The notes under the pieces: generated by a model
What the model saw: the letters and a program-made list of their open reading frames with translations, nothing else
What the model was told of the DNA's origin: nothing
The model's database searches: none
Position numbers and translations under genes: made by a program
In this document: piece by piece, positions 1-9,503 of the stretch
Position numbering within the stretch: the stretch's first letter is position 1
Layout: each line of letters opens with the position of its first letter
Source of the DNA: a bacterium
GTDB taxonomy: Bacteria > SAR324 > NAC60-12
DNA: 64,000 nucleotides
Direction of reading: 5' to 3'
Assembly: GCA_965209155.1 (NCBI GenBank)
Contig: OZ242383.1
Span: forward strand, 1,696,001-1,760,000

Positions 1-392
1 CCTTGGTTTTATGGGTTGCAGGTGTTTTGGGAATCTTTTTTCTGGATTCGATTGCCACTGTATTCAGCCATTCGCCTAAAAATGTTTTTTTTGCTATCGC
101 TCTCATGGCAGGTGCCGGAATCGGAGCCACGCAAAGTTCCAGTCGAGCTGTCGTGGGGATGCTGACACCGACCAATCAATCTGCTCAAATGTTCGGTTTT
201 TGGGGTTTTTTTTCAAAACTCGCGATCATTTTAGGAATGAGCTACGGTTTTGTTTCCGACGTGCTGGATTCAAGACGAATGGCATTGTTGCTGATCCTTG
301 GTTTTTTCATCGTCGGTGGTCTCATGCTCATGCGGATTCCCCTGGCGAAAGGAATCGAGGAGGCCGCCGCGCCTGACAAGCAACAAATTTGA
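1..392 (+). CDS. MFS transporter, C-terminal part (UMF1/Atg22-like), 5'-truncated by window edge
   Basis: Hydrophobic helices with GATQSSSRA and QMFGFWGFFSKL motifs typical of UMF1-type MFS C-termini. Confidence 0.75.
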   Translation, partial: LVLWVAGVLGIFFLDSIATVFSHSPKNVFFAIALMAGAGIGATQSSSRAVVGMLTPTNQSAQMFGFWGFFSKLAIILGMSYGFVSDVLDSRRMALLLILGFFIVGGLMLMRIPLAKGIEEAAAPDKQQI

Positions 393-399
393 GGGAAAA

Positions 400-460
400 A
401 TTCCCCTCCCCGCGACAACTCACCCAATTCACAAAAAGAGTTGTCGTGGGGAGGGAGAAT
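400..460. repeat. GC-rich inverted repeat (hairpin) between MFS and APH genes
   Basis: CCCTCCCCGCGACAACTC ... GAGTTGTCGTGGGGAGGG arms around a 16-nt loop; no U-tract, so possibly an mRNA stabiliser or REP-like element. Confidence 0.6.
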
Positions 461-494
461 CGATCAAATGAATCAATCCCACCTGTGAAAAGTC

Positions 495-1559
495 ATGAAA
501 GATCTGCCTGAAATCACAGAAGTGCGCAGCGCGCATCGTTTCGACGAATCCAACCTGCAGACTTACCTGAAGCAGCATTTACCCGGGTTTTCAGGTACGT
601 TGAATGTACGCCAGTTTGAAGGTGGACAATCAAATCCGACATATTGTTTGACCTCTGATGGTAAGCGGTATGTAATGCGCAAAAAACCTCCAGGTGAGAT
701 TTTAAGGTCTGCCCATCAAGTGGATCGTGAGTACCGGGTGATGTCAGCGCTGGCAGACACGGGAGTTGTTGTCCCGGAAATGTACCTCTATTGCGATGAC
801 CCGACAGTGATTGGTAGTGAATTTTTTATTATGGAAATGATCGATGGACGTGTGATAACCGATGTGTTTCTGCCGAATTTTATACCTGCGGAACGACAGG
901 CGCTTTATGATCACTTCATAGAGCTACTGGTAATCCTGCATCAAGTGGATTACGTCGCGGTTGGTCTCAACGAAGGATTTGGACGAACCGGCAATTATTT
1001 TGCACGCCAGATTTCGCGCTGGTCCAAGCAATACACTGCATCCAAAACCGAGGAATTGGATAGTATGGAGCAATTGATGCGATGGCTTCCGGAAAACATT
1101 CCTCCCGGAGATGAAACCGTCATCGTCCATGGTGATTACCGCATCGGGAATTGCATCATCCATCCATCTCAACCTCGCATCGTGGCAGTGCTGGATTGGG
1201 AATTATCTACTTTGGGACATCCCATGGGGGATCTCGCTTATGCATGCATGAGTTACTACAGTGGGACCACGGCAGGCGATCTCAATCCGGAAAAGCTCAG
1301 TGGATCGGGAATCCCAAGTGAAAAAGAATTCGTCGCGCGTTATTGTGAATTCAGCGGACGTGATTCGATTGAAAATTGGACTTTTTATGTGGTCTATAAT
1401 TTATTTCGCTCAGCTGCCATTGTCCAAGGTGTCTATAAACGCGGTTTGGATGGAAACGCCAGTTCCGAGTATGCCACTACCATGGGAAAAATTTGTAAAA
1501 AACAAGCGGAACGTGGATGGGCGCTCGTCGAACAAAATGACCGACCGCATCACGAGTGA
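495..1559 (+). CDS. Phosphotransferase (APH) family protein, ACAD10/11 N-terminal-like
   Basis: GGQSNPTY, HQVDREYRV, HGDYRIGN and VLDWELSTLGHP motifs. Confidence 0.9.
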   Translation: MKDLPEITEVRSAHRFDESNLQTYLKQHLPGFSGTLNVRQFEGGQSNPTYCLTSDGKRYVMRKKPPGEILRSAHQVDREYRVMSALADTGVVVPEMYLYCDDPTVIGSEFFIMEMIDGRVITDVFLPNFIPAERQALYDHFIELLVILHQVDYVAVGLNEGFGRTGNYFARQISRWSKQYTASKTEELDSMEQLMRWLPENIPPGDETVIVHGDYRIGNCIIHPSQPRIVAVLDWELSTLGHPMGDLAYACMSYYSGTTAGDLNPEKLSGSGIPSEKEFVARYCEFSGRDSIENWTFYVVYNLFRSAAIVQGVYKRGLDGNASSEYATTMGKICKKQAERGWALVEQNDRPHHE

Positions 1560-1618
1560 AGATCAACGGATTCGGGCACTTGAATCTGAACGCGCACAAT
1601 CGCGAGATATACCGACAA

Positions 1619-2698
1619 TCACCGCACAGCGAGCCCTCCGGGGAGACCGGTATTTTTCTCCGATTGAGGGAATACGACCTCTTCGTCGTCATCGACGTTG
1701 ACGTAACGTACCCCTCCCGCATGATTGACAATGGAGTGGTCCATCTCAACACGATATTTTTTTCCATGGTGCGTGACGATCTGATCCATAATTTGACCAT
1801 ACGTTTTTCCGGAGGCTCGTTCCCTCCAGGGAATAGGACCACGAGGGTCTTCCCAATTCCAGAGATCATCGATTTTGAGAAGTTGACGGAACCGCTCGCC
1901 ATTGCGGGCCAGACTTTCTTGCGAAATCCGGCCGGGGAAATGCTCTTGTGGGCGGCAGTAGAAGGCACCGTAATAAGCAGTGACGCACATTCGTAATCCT
2001 GGATTGATCCGGGGGAAGGCCCCGTGCCAGAGAGTGCCATGGAAAACAATGACCGAACCGGCCGGTGCCTCTACGGCGAAGGCTTGATCCACTCCCTCAC
2101 CCGGCTTGGGGTGACGGCGGAGTTTGTGGGATCCAGGGACGACTGCCAGCGCCCCGTTGTCTTTGGTGTAATCGCTAAGACACCAGTTCGTGTTAAAGAC
2201 CATCGGGGGATCGGGGAGCGGTTCAAAGGGATAAAGGTGGGTATCAGCATGGAAGCCCAGAGTGCTTCCATAGCCCATTGGGTCTTGTTTTTTAACAATC
2301 CCATTGAATGCCGAAAGCAGGCAGCCGGGCCCCAGGTAGTAATCGATCAAGGGCAGAGTCAGGGGATGCTGGATGATTTCTTCAAAAACCGGATCCTTTT
2401 CCAGAAACCCAAATAACCAATTTTGGGCTTGGTTGGAGCCCATGTTATCGGTGACGCCAAGTTCCCCGCTCTCCTCATTGGGCCGCACTCCTGTGAATTC
2501 CTCCGCCACGCGTAGGAGAGCATCTTTGGTTCGCTCAAAAAGGCGAGGATCGTCCATTTGCTCGGGGGTAAGCACGGTGAATCCCTGCTCTTCAATCTGC
2601 TTCAAATTTTTACTGAGCCCTCGCTCTTCAATCTGTTGGGAGGCCAATTTCTTCCAATTTTCCCAAGAGCGCCATTCCGACCAATTTTTCGTTTTCAT
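1619..2698 (-). CDS. Phytanoyl-CoA dioxygenase (PhyH) family Fe(II)/2OG dioxygenase
   Basis: HAD (HxD), NGALAVVPGSH and GTLWHGA...R motifs. Confidence 0.85.
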   Translation of the reverse strand: MKTKNWSEWRSWENWKKLASQQIEERGLSKNLKQIEEQGFTVLTPEQMDDPRLFERTKDALLRVAEEFTGVRPNEESGELGVTDNMGSNQAQNWLFGFLEKDPVFEEIIQHPLTLPLIDYYLGPGCLLSAFNGIVKKQDPMGYGSTLGFHADTHLYPFEPLPDPPMVFNTNWCLSDYTKDNGALAVVPGSHKLRRHPKPGEGVDQAFAVEAPAGSVIVFHGTLWHGAFPRINPGLRMCVTAYYGAFYCRPQEHFPGRISQESLARNGERFRQLLKIDDLWNWEDPRGPIPWRERASGKTYGQIMDQIVTHHGKKYRVEMDHSIVNHAGGVRYVNVDDDEEVVFPQSEKNTGLPGGLAVR

Positions 2699-3077
2699 GG
2701 TTTCATTTCCTTTCTGTTATTCTCCACTGTATTTTTCCACTCAAATTCGCAATCGTGCTCACCATGGTGAAGTGAACGTGCTCGATTTCACCCATATTCC
2801 TGGGAGAATGGGAATCTATAAGAGGTCGAATACAACTCTTATAATCCCTTCTTACAATTGAATTATCTCTCGTTCACCTGCACGGACAACTCTCACGAGT
2901 ACAAGCGCGAAGACCCACCATAATTTTTATAGCTTCCAGTTTAATTATCAAGAATTTTTCTATAAGTTTGAATTTTTCTATGACAAATTTTATCAGCTAA
3001 GGTTCCCATTGGCGCGTTCATCTAATTAAAAAATCAAGATATCTATCATAATCCCTTCTGCAATGAGAGGAAAAAAA

Positions 3078-3293
3078 ACCAGATTAAAGACAAAATCCAC
3101 ATATCTTAAGAAATTTTGTCATTCCTGGCTTGAGCAGGAATCCTGTGGTATGCAGACAGCCGGGAATTTGGATCCCCATTCCCCTCTCCCTGCTCCCCGC
3201 TTTCGCGGGGACAAGTTTAGCGGGGACAAGTTTAGCGAGGATGACATTTACATCAGGATACTCCTTTATAGAAGATTTATGTCGAACTCAGGT
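3078..3293. mobile_element. MITE-like element family B (degenerate left end) carrying REP-like hairpins
   Basis: Right end GAAGATTTATGTCGAACTCAGGT identical to that of 43498-43778; internal GTCATTCCTGGCTTGAGCAGGAATCC and tandem GCGGGGACAAGTTTA. Confidence 0.65.
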
Positions 3294-3361
3294 AAATTAA
3301 CAAAGCAAAGTGATGATAGTTGGAGGGCAGAGATTAATTTCATGCAAATGCAGGAGCAACC

Positions 3362-3859
3362 ATGCCAAAGAAGATGAGAATCGGATTGGGCTTTGACGTT
3401 CACGAATTGACGGAGGGTTTTCCATTGATCATAGGTGGAGTGTCCATTCCTTTCGACAAAGGCTTGAAAGGGCATTCGGACGCGGACGTGCTGGTACATG
3501 CCATTATGGATGCCTTACTAGGAGCTTTGGCTTTAGGGGATCTGGGAAGCTATTTTCCTGACAGTGACCCTCGCTATCAAGGATCCGACAGTCTCGTTCT
3601 TCTCACCCAAGTCTTCAAAATGATACATGCGCATAAGTACCAATTGGTAAACCTGGATGCCATCATCATTGCTCAACGTCCAAAAATGAAAGCTTACCTG
3701 CATCAAATGGCGGAAAATCTGGCAAATTGCCTGTATTGTTCAAAAGACCACATTTCTATCAAAGCCACCACGACAGATTATTTAGGGTTTGTTGGAAGGG
3801 AAGAAGGTATTGCGGCACAGGCGGTTGTCCTCTTAGAAGAAGTGGCTACAACAGAATAG
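3362..3859 (+). CDS. ispF: 2-C-methyl-D-erythritol 2,4-cyclodiphosphate synthase
   Basis: MRIGLGFDVH, GHSDADVLVHAIMDALLGA, KATTT..LGFVGREEGIAA. Confidence 0.97.
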   Translation: MPKKMRIGLGFDVHELTEGFPLIIGGVSIPFDKGLKGHSDADVLVHAIMDALLGALALGDLGSYFPDSDPRYQGSDSLVLLTQVFKMIHAHKYQLVNLDAIIIAQRPKMKAYLHQMAENLANCLYCSKDHISIKATTTDYLGFVGREEGIAAQAVVLLEEVATTE

Positions 3860-3874
3860 AAATAAATCGTTTCC

Positions 3875-3903
3875 TTGACTTTGCAACACCATTTTATTAG
3901 AAT
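3875..3903 (+). promoter_or_regulatory. sigma-70-type promoter upstream of tatA
   Basis: TTGACT-17 bp-TAGAAT, about 50 bp upstream of the tatA ATG. Confidence 0.6.
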
Positions 3904-3954
3904 TGTAAGGAGTTGGAACTCATTCATTTCAATTAAATTAAACAAAGACTGCCT

Positions 3955-4155
3955 ATGTTTGGTTTAGGAATCTGGGAATTGCTGATTATTTTAACGATTG
4001 TCGTTTTACTTTTTGGGGCAAAACGGCTCCCCATGATTGGAGAAGGCGTGGGAAAGATGATCAACAATTTTAAAAAGGAAAAACAAAACGATCCCATATT
4101 GGAACACCAGGATGCGAGTAAAGAGGAAACTGCCTCTGTGGGAGAGAAGCAATGA
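3955..4155 (+). CDS. tatA: Twin-arginine translocase TatA/E subunit
   Basis: MFGLGIWELLIILTIVVLLFGAKRLP...G+GK..NFKK. Confidence 0.95.
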   Translation: MFGLGIWELLIILTIVVLLFGAKRLPMIGEGVGKMINNFKKEKQNDPILEHQDASKEETASVGEKQ

Positions 4156-4200
4156 CTGGCCGTACCGGGTAAATGTCATAAATAATTTTAGAGACTGCTA

Positions 4201-4387
4201 CGTGAATCAGGAGTTAAAAAACGTGTCATTCCTGGCTTGACCAGGAATCCAGGGGGATTCGGGCGATATTTTGAATACCGGATCATCCTGGTCCCGGATC
4301 GAGTCCGGGATGATCCGGGACCGGCATGTCACATCATAAATATTAAATTATTGATTTTATAAATTAAATTTTAACTCCTGTTTCACA
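4201..4387 (+). mobile_element. MITE-like element family A with REP-like cargo
   Basis: TIRs CGTGAATCAGGAGTTAAAA / TTTTAACTCCTGTTTCACA, TA on both flanks; similar copies at 34480-34666 and 45426-45665. Confidence 0.8.
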
Positions 4388-4643
4388 TAGACTGCCAAAA
4401 AATAGCAGTCTCCAATTGAAGTGATTCGACAGGTTCAAGAACCCGCTGCCGGGATTGATTTGACAAATGCCTTCCGTAAAAACAGCTGCGCAATTGGTCA
4501 AATCAATCTATGAAGAAAAAGGCTGATTATCCCTCAGCCATCCTTTCTGGAAATAATGCATCACACGTTCGGGGCACACAGGGATTGGGAGTAAAAAGCT
4601 CCGAAGTGACCCTGACGATTGTGGTACATGACGATGATTTCCA

Positions 4644-6515
4644 ATGCTCTTGCAGTTGAAAACCGCCCTGCAATCGATTGATTCGTTTGATGAACAATCA
4701 GTAGAATGGTTGTGGCCGATTTTAAATTCCCAGCCCCTTTCTCCGGACGAGATTGAGCAAAGTATATCTCTCCTGAAAAAGTTACGGCAACTGAAACTGG
4801 AGGCCAATTATATACTGACAACCTTGCTCTTTTTCTTTTTTCCCCATTCAAAAGACTTGTATGAGCAATTTCAGCTGCCTCCTTTAGTTTTAAAGAATTA
4901 CCAGACCCTTCAGACTATTTTTACTTTCACTCCGAGTCTCCGCAATGATCATCAGGCAGAGCTTTTCATGAAAATGATCATTGCAACAGGCCAGGATTTG
5001 CAGTTGCTTTCCTCTATTTTGGCAATGCAGTTTCAGACTTTGGAAAGCATTGAAAAACGACCTGGGGAAGAACAGCGTAAACACGCAAAAAAAATATTCT
5101 CGATTTATGCGCCATTGGCAGAACGCCTTGGAATATTTTGGATCAAATCCGAAATGGAAGACATCGCATTGCGCTATGTGGAACGAGAAGTTTATTACGA
5201 ATTGAAACAGAAGGTGGCAAAAAAGAGAGAAGAGCGATCTCAAATGATCGAAAAGATCATGGAGGAAATCCGAGAGCTTCTTAAACGCTTTAACATTCGT
5301 CATCAAGTCGAAGGACGCTACAAGCGATTCTATTCGATTTACAAAAAGTTAAAGAGAGTCGATGCTGATTTTGAGCGGATTCAAGACCTGGCCGGCTTTC
5401 GAATACTGGTATACAGTGTGCGAGATTGTTATAAAGCTCTGGGTTACATTCATGACCATTGGAGCCCAAAATCAGGCCGTTTTAAAGATTACATTTCCAA
5501 CCCCAAACCCAATGGCTATCAGTCACTGCACACCACCGTGGTCGATAAAAAAGGTGAAAGCATCGAAATTCAAATTCGTACCCATAAAATGCATGAAATT
5601 GCTGAATTCGGAGTGGCAGCTCATTGGCTTTACAACAGCGAATCCAATAACGGTAAGTTTGATACGGAATTGTATGACAACCTGCGACGAAAATCCGGAT
5701 CTTTAGATGAATCGAAGATCTCGGTTTTTCCTCGGATTGATTTGCTTCAAAATAAGATTTACGTGTTCACTCCGCAACACGATGTGATTGAATTGCCAAA
5801 AGGAGCCACTTCAGTGGATTTCGCTTTTGCAATCCACAGTGAAGTGGGAAGCCGAATTACCAGTACCAAAGCCAATGAGCGTATCTTAAAGCTTCACGAT
5901 TCACTCCACAACGGCGACCTGGTTGAAGTCACCACTTCCCCTAAACAAACACCTCGACAGGAATGGCTTAAATTTGTCAAAACCTCCAAGGCAAAGAATA
6001 AAATCCGTCACGCGATTCGAGAACACGAGCGGGAGATCAATAAAAAAGTGGGATGGGAACTGCTGGACAAGGAATTCAAACGCTATCAATTGAACCTCAA
6101 TCGCGCGATGAAAGATGGGAGCTTGGAAAAAATGGCGCATCAGCATAAAAATCAAGCTGTGGACCATGTTGTCTGTACGATCGGGGAAGGAATCATTAAA
6201 GCCGTGGAGGTGGTCAAGTGGTTTTCAACAACTGCGGAGTTGAGAGCGGCCGACAACAAGGTTCAACACATATCCAGGAACAATAACGCTTCGATAGAAA
6301 GGGTGAGGAAACATGTCGTTGTGGAAGGTATGGACAATATGCTGGTTCGTTTTGCCAAATGTTGTTCTCCCGAGAAAGGGAATGTTATTCAAGGCTACTT
6401 GACTCAAGGATACGGCATTACGGTGCATCGTGCTGATTGCGCCACCCTGCTGAGATTGGACGAAAACCGCTGTATTTCAGTCCACTGGAGAGAAGTAATG
6501 GCAGAATCGGCTTAA
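4644..6515 (+). CDS. RelA/SpoT family (p)ppGpp synthetase (degenerate hydrolase region, TGS, Zn-finger; no ACT domain seen)
   Basis: IYAPLAERLG, GRFKDYISNPKPNGYQSLHT, EIQIRT, AEFGVAAHW, TGS (VDFAFAIHSEVG), FAKCCSP...VHRADC. Confidence 0.9.
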   Translation: MLLQLKTALQSIDSFDEQSVEWLWPILNSQPLSPDEIEQSISLLKKLRQLKLEANYILTTLLFFFFPHSKDLYEQFQLPPLVLKNYQTLQTIFTFTPSLRNDHQAELFMKMIIATGQDLQLLSSILAMQFQTLESIEKRPGEEQRKHAKKIFSIYAPLAERLGIFWIKSEMEDIALRYVEREVYYELKQKVAKKREERSQMIEKIMEEIRELLKRFNIRHQVEGRYKRFYSIYKKLKRVDADFERIQDLAGFRILVYSVRDCYKALGYIHDHWSPKSGRFKDYISNPKPNGYQSLHTTVVDKKGESIEIQIRTHKMHEIAEFGVAAHWLYNSESNNGKFDTELYDNLRRKSGSLDESKISVFPRIDLLQNKIYVFTPQHDVIELPKGATSVDFAFAIHSEVGSRITSTKANERILKLHDSLHNGDLVEVTTSPKQTPRQEWLKFVKTSKAKNKIRHAIREHEREINKKVGWELLDKEFKRYQLNLNRAMKDGSLEKMAHQHKNQAVDHVVCTIGEGIIKAVEVVKWFSTTAELRAADNKVQHISRNNNASIERVRKHVVVEGMDNMLVRFAKCCSPEKGNVIQGYLTQGYGITVHRADCATLLRLDENRCISVHWREVMAESA

Positions 6516-6569
6516 TCGTCGCACCACGCTCTCGTATTTTGGACGGATAAAAAAGTCCGGGTAGCAAGA

Positions 6570-8105
6570 TTAGTCCTTGAGCAACATAGAGGCCAATTCC
6601 GACAATTCCAGCTTGACCCCATACTGTCGAAGCAGGCCACCGATTACGATCAAGACTTTCGCCATCAAGATGAAATTATCAGGAATCCTTATTTGGGCTT
6701 TTCGCATCACTTCCAAGTAGAATTGCAATTTTGTCAATTCGTTGTATTCTTCTGACTTTTTCTGGGAAAGCAAATTCTTCAGAGTCTCGGGACGTGAGGA
6801 AACGAATCCCGCTTCGCGGAACTTGGTGTCGATATTATCGAAATTTTCCAGGAGTAGGGCGGTCAATACTTGGCGATAGGCCTGGGTCTCCTCTTTGGTC
6901 AGCTCAGCCACTGCGCCAAAATCCAACAAGGCGATTTTTCCCTGCGGGGTGACAAAAAAATTACCTGGATGTGGATCCGCATGGAAGAGACCGCTCTTGA
7001 AAATTTGCTTGAGAAAACTATGTACCAATTCTTTCAGCACCTCTTTCGCAGCTGAAGGCACTTCCTCCAAAAATCGACGAATCGGCATTCCGTCAATAAA
7101 GTACATTGCCAATGTGCGGGTAGTTAGTAGCTCCTTCAGTAAAATTGGATATTCCCACTGCTGTTGTTCATAGCGACTGAAAAACCGAGTGAGGTTGCTG
7201 GCTTCATGGTAATAGTCGAGCTCCTGGAGAATGTTTTTCGAAAGTTCTCTGACCAATTGTTCCAGGTCCAGGTTTTCAAATTGGTCGTTCAGAATAGAAG
7301 CGATGGTATTAAAAAATTGCAAATCCGCTTTGATGATTTCCGAGATGCCTGGAATTTGTATTTTGATGGCAACTGTTGGGCCATATTTCATCTGAGCTTT
7401 GTGGACCTGACCGATCGAAGCCGTGGCTAGTGGCACGTGATCGATGTATTGGAATCGTTCTTGCCATTGCGCTCCCCAGACCTCCTCCAATACCGATTTC
7501 ATTTGCTCCCATGGTATCGGATCCGCTTGATCTTGAAGCTGTGCGAGAGTGTTGCTGTAGACTTGTGGCAAATCAACCGCATGACAACTGATGAATTGCG
7601 CCGCTTTCACCCAGGCTCCTCCCTGTTTTCTGCAAAAGGCGCTCAATTCCTCTGCATTTTGTCGATGCATTTCCGCCTCTTTCGCAGCCCTTTCTGCTTC
7701 TGGCAACCTGGAGGCCTGAAATTTTAAAAGCTGGTGGCGGCCCATTATATGGAGTATCGTCTGGATAGCCTCAAAATACCGACCACTGTTGCCGTAAATA
7801 CTCGAGATTTTTTGCCAGTGACGCCAAAGGTTTTCCTTCATTTCCCGCAATTCTTGCAACATTTCAGCAGCACTGGCAGCGGCTTTTTCTGTTGACGTAG
7901 AGTTTATTGGCAGGGATTTGAAGGAATCAACCCATTCTGAAAATTGATTCTCAAACTGGTTCCACAAGGAAGGAAGCGGTGATTTTTCGGGATTTTTATT
8001 TTCGGGTCGCAACGCGGAGTCCAAATCCTGTGTCCACCGGTCTGCTTTAGCGAGGAAATCTGAAAGCAGTTCTTTTGATTTTTTTACAATTTTATCAGAA
8101 TCCAT
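6570..8105 (-). CDS. ABC1/AarF/UbiB family atypical kinase
   Basis: GGAWVKAAQ, PLATASIGQVH, VAIKIQ, ELDY, FHADPHPGN, LLDFG; ATG 8105 chosen over GTG 8120. Confidence 0.9.
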   Translation of the reverse strand: MDSDKIVKKSKELLSDFLAKADRWTQDLDSALRPENKNPEKSPLPSLWNQFENQFSEWVDSFKSLPINSTSTEKAAASAAEMLQELREMKENLWRHWQKISSIYGNSGRYFEAIQTILHIMGRHQLLKFQASRLPEAERAAKEAEMHRQNAEELSAFCRKQGGAWVKAAQFISCHAVDLPQVYSNTLAQLQDQADPIPWEQMKSVLEEVWGAQWQERFQYIDHVPLATASIGQVHKAQMKYGPTVAIKIQIPGISEIIKADLQFFNTIASILNDQFENLDLEQLVRELSKNILQELDYYHEASNLTRFFSRYEQQQWEYPILLKELLTTRTLAMYFIDGMPIRRFLEEVPSAAKEVLKELVHSFLKQIFKSGLFHADPHPGNFFVTPQGKIALLDFGAVAELTKEETQAYRQVLTALLLENFDNIDTKFREAGFVSSRPETLKNLLSQKKSEEYNELTKLQFYLEVMRKAQIRIPDNFILMAKVLIVIGGLLRQYGVKLELSELASMLLKD

Positions 8106-8158
8106 GATGGATTCTCTCACAATTTGGCAAAGAAAGCATTTTTTTCAGCAATTTCCCA

Positions 8159-8586
8159 CCTCGAGGCTCTTCAAGAAGCCTGTCAACTCTTTGAAAAAGA
8201 ACGAGCGCCATGGAAGCAAGAGCGCTTAGCACTCTGATTTACCTCCCTGGCAAAGCGTTTACGATCATGATCGCCATTGGAAAAAACACTGGATTGTGGA
8301 GTGAACCTTCGCTTTTTGGCTCATGATCATAAAGAAGCGGATCTCCCTGATTGATAGATTTTTCATTTTTTTTACGAATCCTGCATTTTTTTTCATTTGG
8401 GGGTTGACATTATGCAAAAAATATATACTGCCAAAATCATACCTTCACTAAGTTGTTTTAGTGAAAAAGAGGGGTTCCGAACGATGGAACAATATCGTGG
8501 GAAGACTTGAAAACGATCGCTCCTCTCCGGGAATCTTTTTTAATGATATTTAACTGAACGGGTTTTTCAGAGACCTGAATAGTTAC
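8159..8586 (+). mobile_element. Internally deleted copy of the IS66/IS5 composite at 61719-63197
   Basis: 8159-8234 matches 61847-61922; 8235-8586 matches 62847-63197 including the right end ACCTGAATAGTTAC. Confidence 0.85.
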
Positions 8587-8881
8587 CGTATGGTTTAATT
8601 TTCTTGATATCTCCAGATTCTTTTTGCTTAGCCCGATATAAATCCCATCGAAACTGCAGATTCATCCAAAACTCTTCAGACATTGCAAAAAACCTTGATA
8701 AACGCAATGCGGTGCTGGGAGTAATCCCCCGTCTTTTATTGACTAGTTCATTGACTCTTTGATATGGAACATGAATCGCTTGGGCTAATTCACGTTGAGT
8801 AATTCCCATGGGGATTAAGAATTCTTCCAGTAACATTTCTCCTGGATGAGTTGGCTCTCTATGAGTGGGAACTCGAATCAT
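8567..8881 (-). CDS. higA: HigA family antitoxin (HTH)
   Basis: PTHPGEMLLEEFL, ITPSTALRLSRFF, FWMNLQ. Confidence 0.93.
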   Translation of the reverse strand: MIRVPTHREPTHPGEMLLEEFLIPMGITQRELAQAIHVPYQRVNELVNKRRGITPSTALRLSRFFAMSEEFWMNLQFRWDLYRAKQKESGDIKKIKPYGNYSGL

Positions 8882-8896
8882 TATTGCCTCCAGTGT

Positions 8897-9190
8897 TTAG
8901 TGATAATCTGTAATTTCTACGTGTTCGGGGCCTTCATCTCCCCAAACAAAACACACTCGATATTGATCATTGATACGAATACTATGTTGACCTTTTCGAT
9001 TATGCTTTAATGCTTCTAATTGATTTCGTGGCGGAATACTCAATTCTCTTAAATAGTTGACAGAATCGATTTGATCTAATTTTCTGGATGCAACTCGCCA
9101 TAGGGTTCGAGGGCATGCCTTACGAGCATCTTTGGTATTTTTACCATTAAATATGTCTTCTGTTCCTTTGTCTCTAAATGATCGTATCAT
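8897..9190 (-). CDS. higB: HigB/RelE-like toxin (plasmid maintenance killer family)
   Basis: MIRSF..KGTE, N+LEALK..RKGQHSIRINDQYR+CF.W, VEITDYH; toxin upstream of antitoxin. Confidence 0.93.
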   Translation of the reverse strand: MIRSFRDKGTEDIFNGKNTKDARKACPRTLWRVASRKLDQIDSVNYLRELSIPPRNQLEALKHNRKGQHSIRINDQYRVCFVWGDEGPEHVEITDYH

Positions 9191-9198
9191 GAAATCAC

Positions 9199-9221
9199 AA
9201 TAGCAGGGTATTCATGCTATT
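9199..9221. promoter_or_regulatory. Putative HigA operator palindrome
   Basis: AATAGCA-N9-TGCTATT immediately upstream of the higB start. Confidence 0.45.
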
Positions 9222-9282
9222 TCAGTATATTTTTTGGAAATCCGGGGACAGTTACTAATTTTTATCTTTTTTAGGCCTCCCT

Positions 9283-9501
9283 TGATGGAAGAAGCATAAT
9301 TTTCTTGCGCTAAATCATCTGAAAGGTTATACCACTCTAGAATTTAAAATCCAAAATATCCATTAAATCATCTTTGCGAATTACTTCGTAGGAGGGATGA
9401 AGTTTCTGTGATGGAAAAAGTATCATTTTTCTTGCGTTGAATAATCTGAAAGGTTATACCACTCTAAAATTTAAAATCCAAAATATCTATTAAATCATCT
9501 T
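9283..9501 (+). repeat. Tandem direct duplication (~92 bp units) upstream of the 2111-aa regulator
   Basis: 9283-9374 and 9409-9501 share TTTCTTGCG..AAT.ATCTGAAAGGTTATACCACTCTA.AATTTAAAATCCAAAATATC.ATTAAATCATCTT. Confidence 0.85.
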
Positions 9502-9503
9502 AG

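Noticed and set aside
3063..3377. ORFs overlapping MITEs (also 34538-34792, 43528-43861, 45266-45565)
   Set aside because: Read through palindromic repeats; no protein-family signal
4420..4460. GATTCGACAGG resembling the tmRNA 5' end
   Set aside because: Lacks the 5' GGGG acceptor stem and any matching 3' T-arm/CCA
9283..9501. Direct repeats as a mini CRISPR array
   Set aside because: Only two ~92-bp units, far longer than CRISPR repeats
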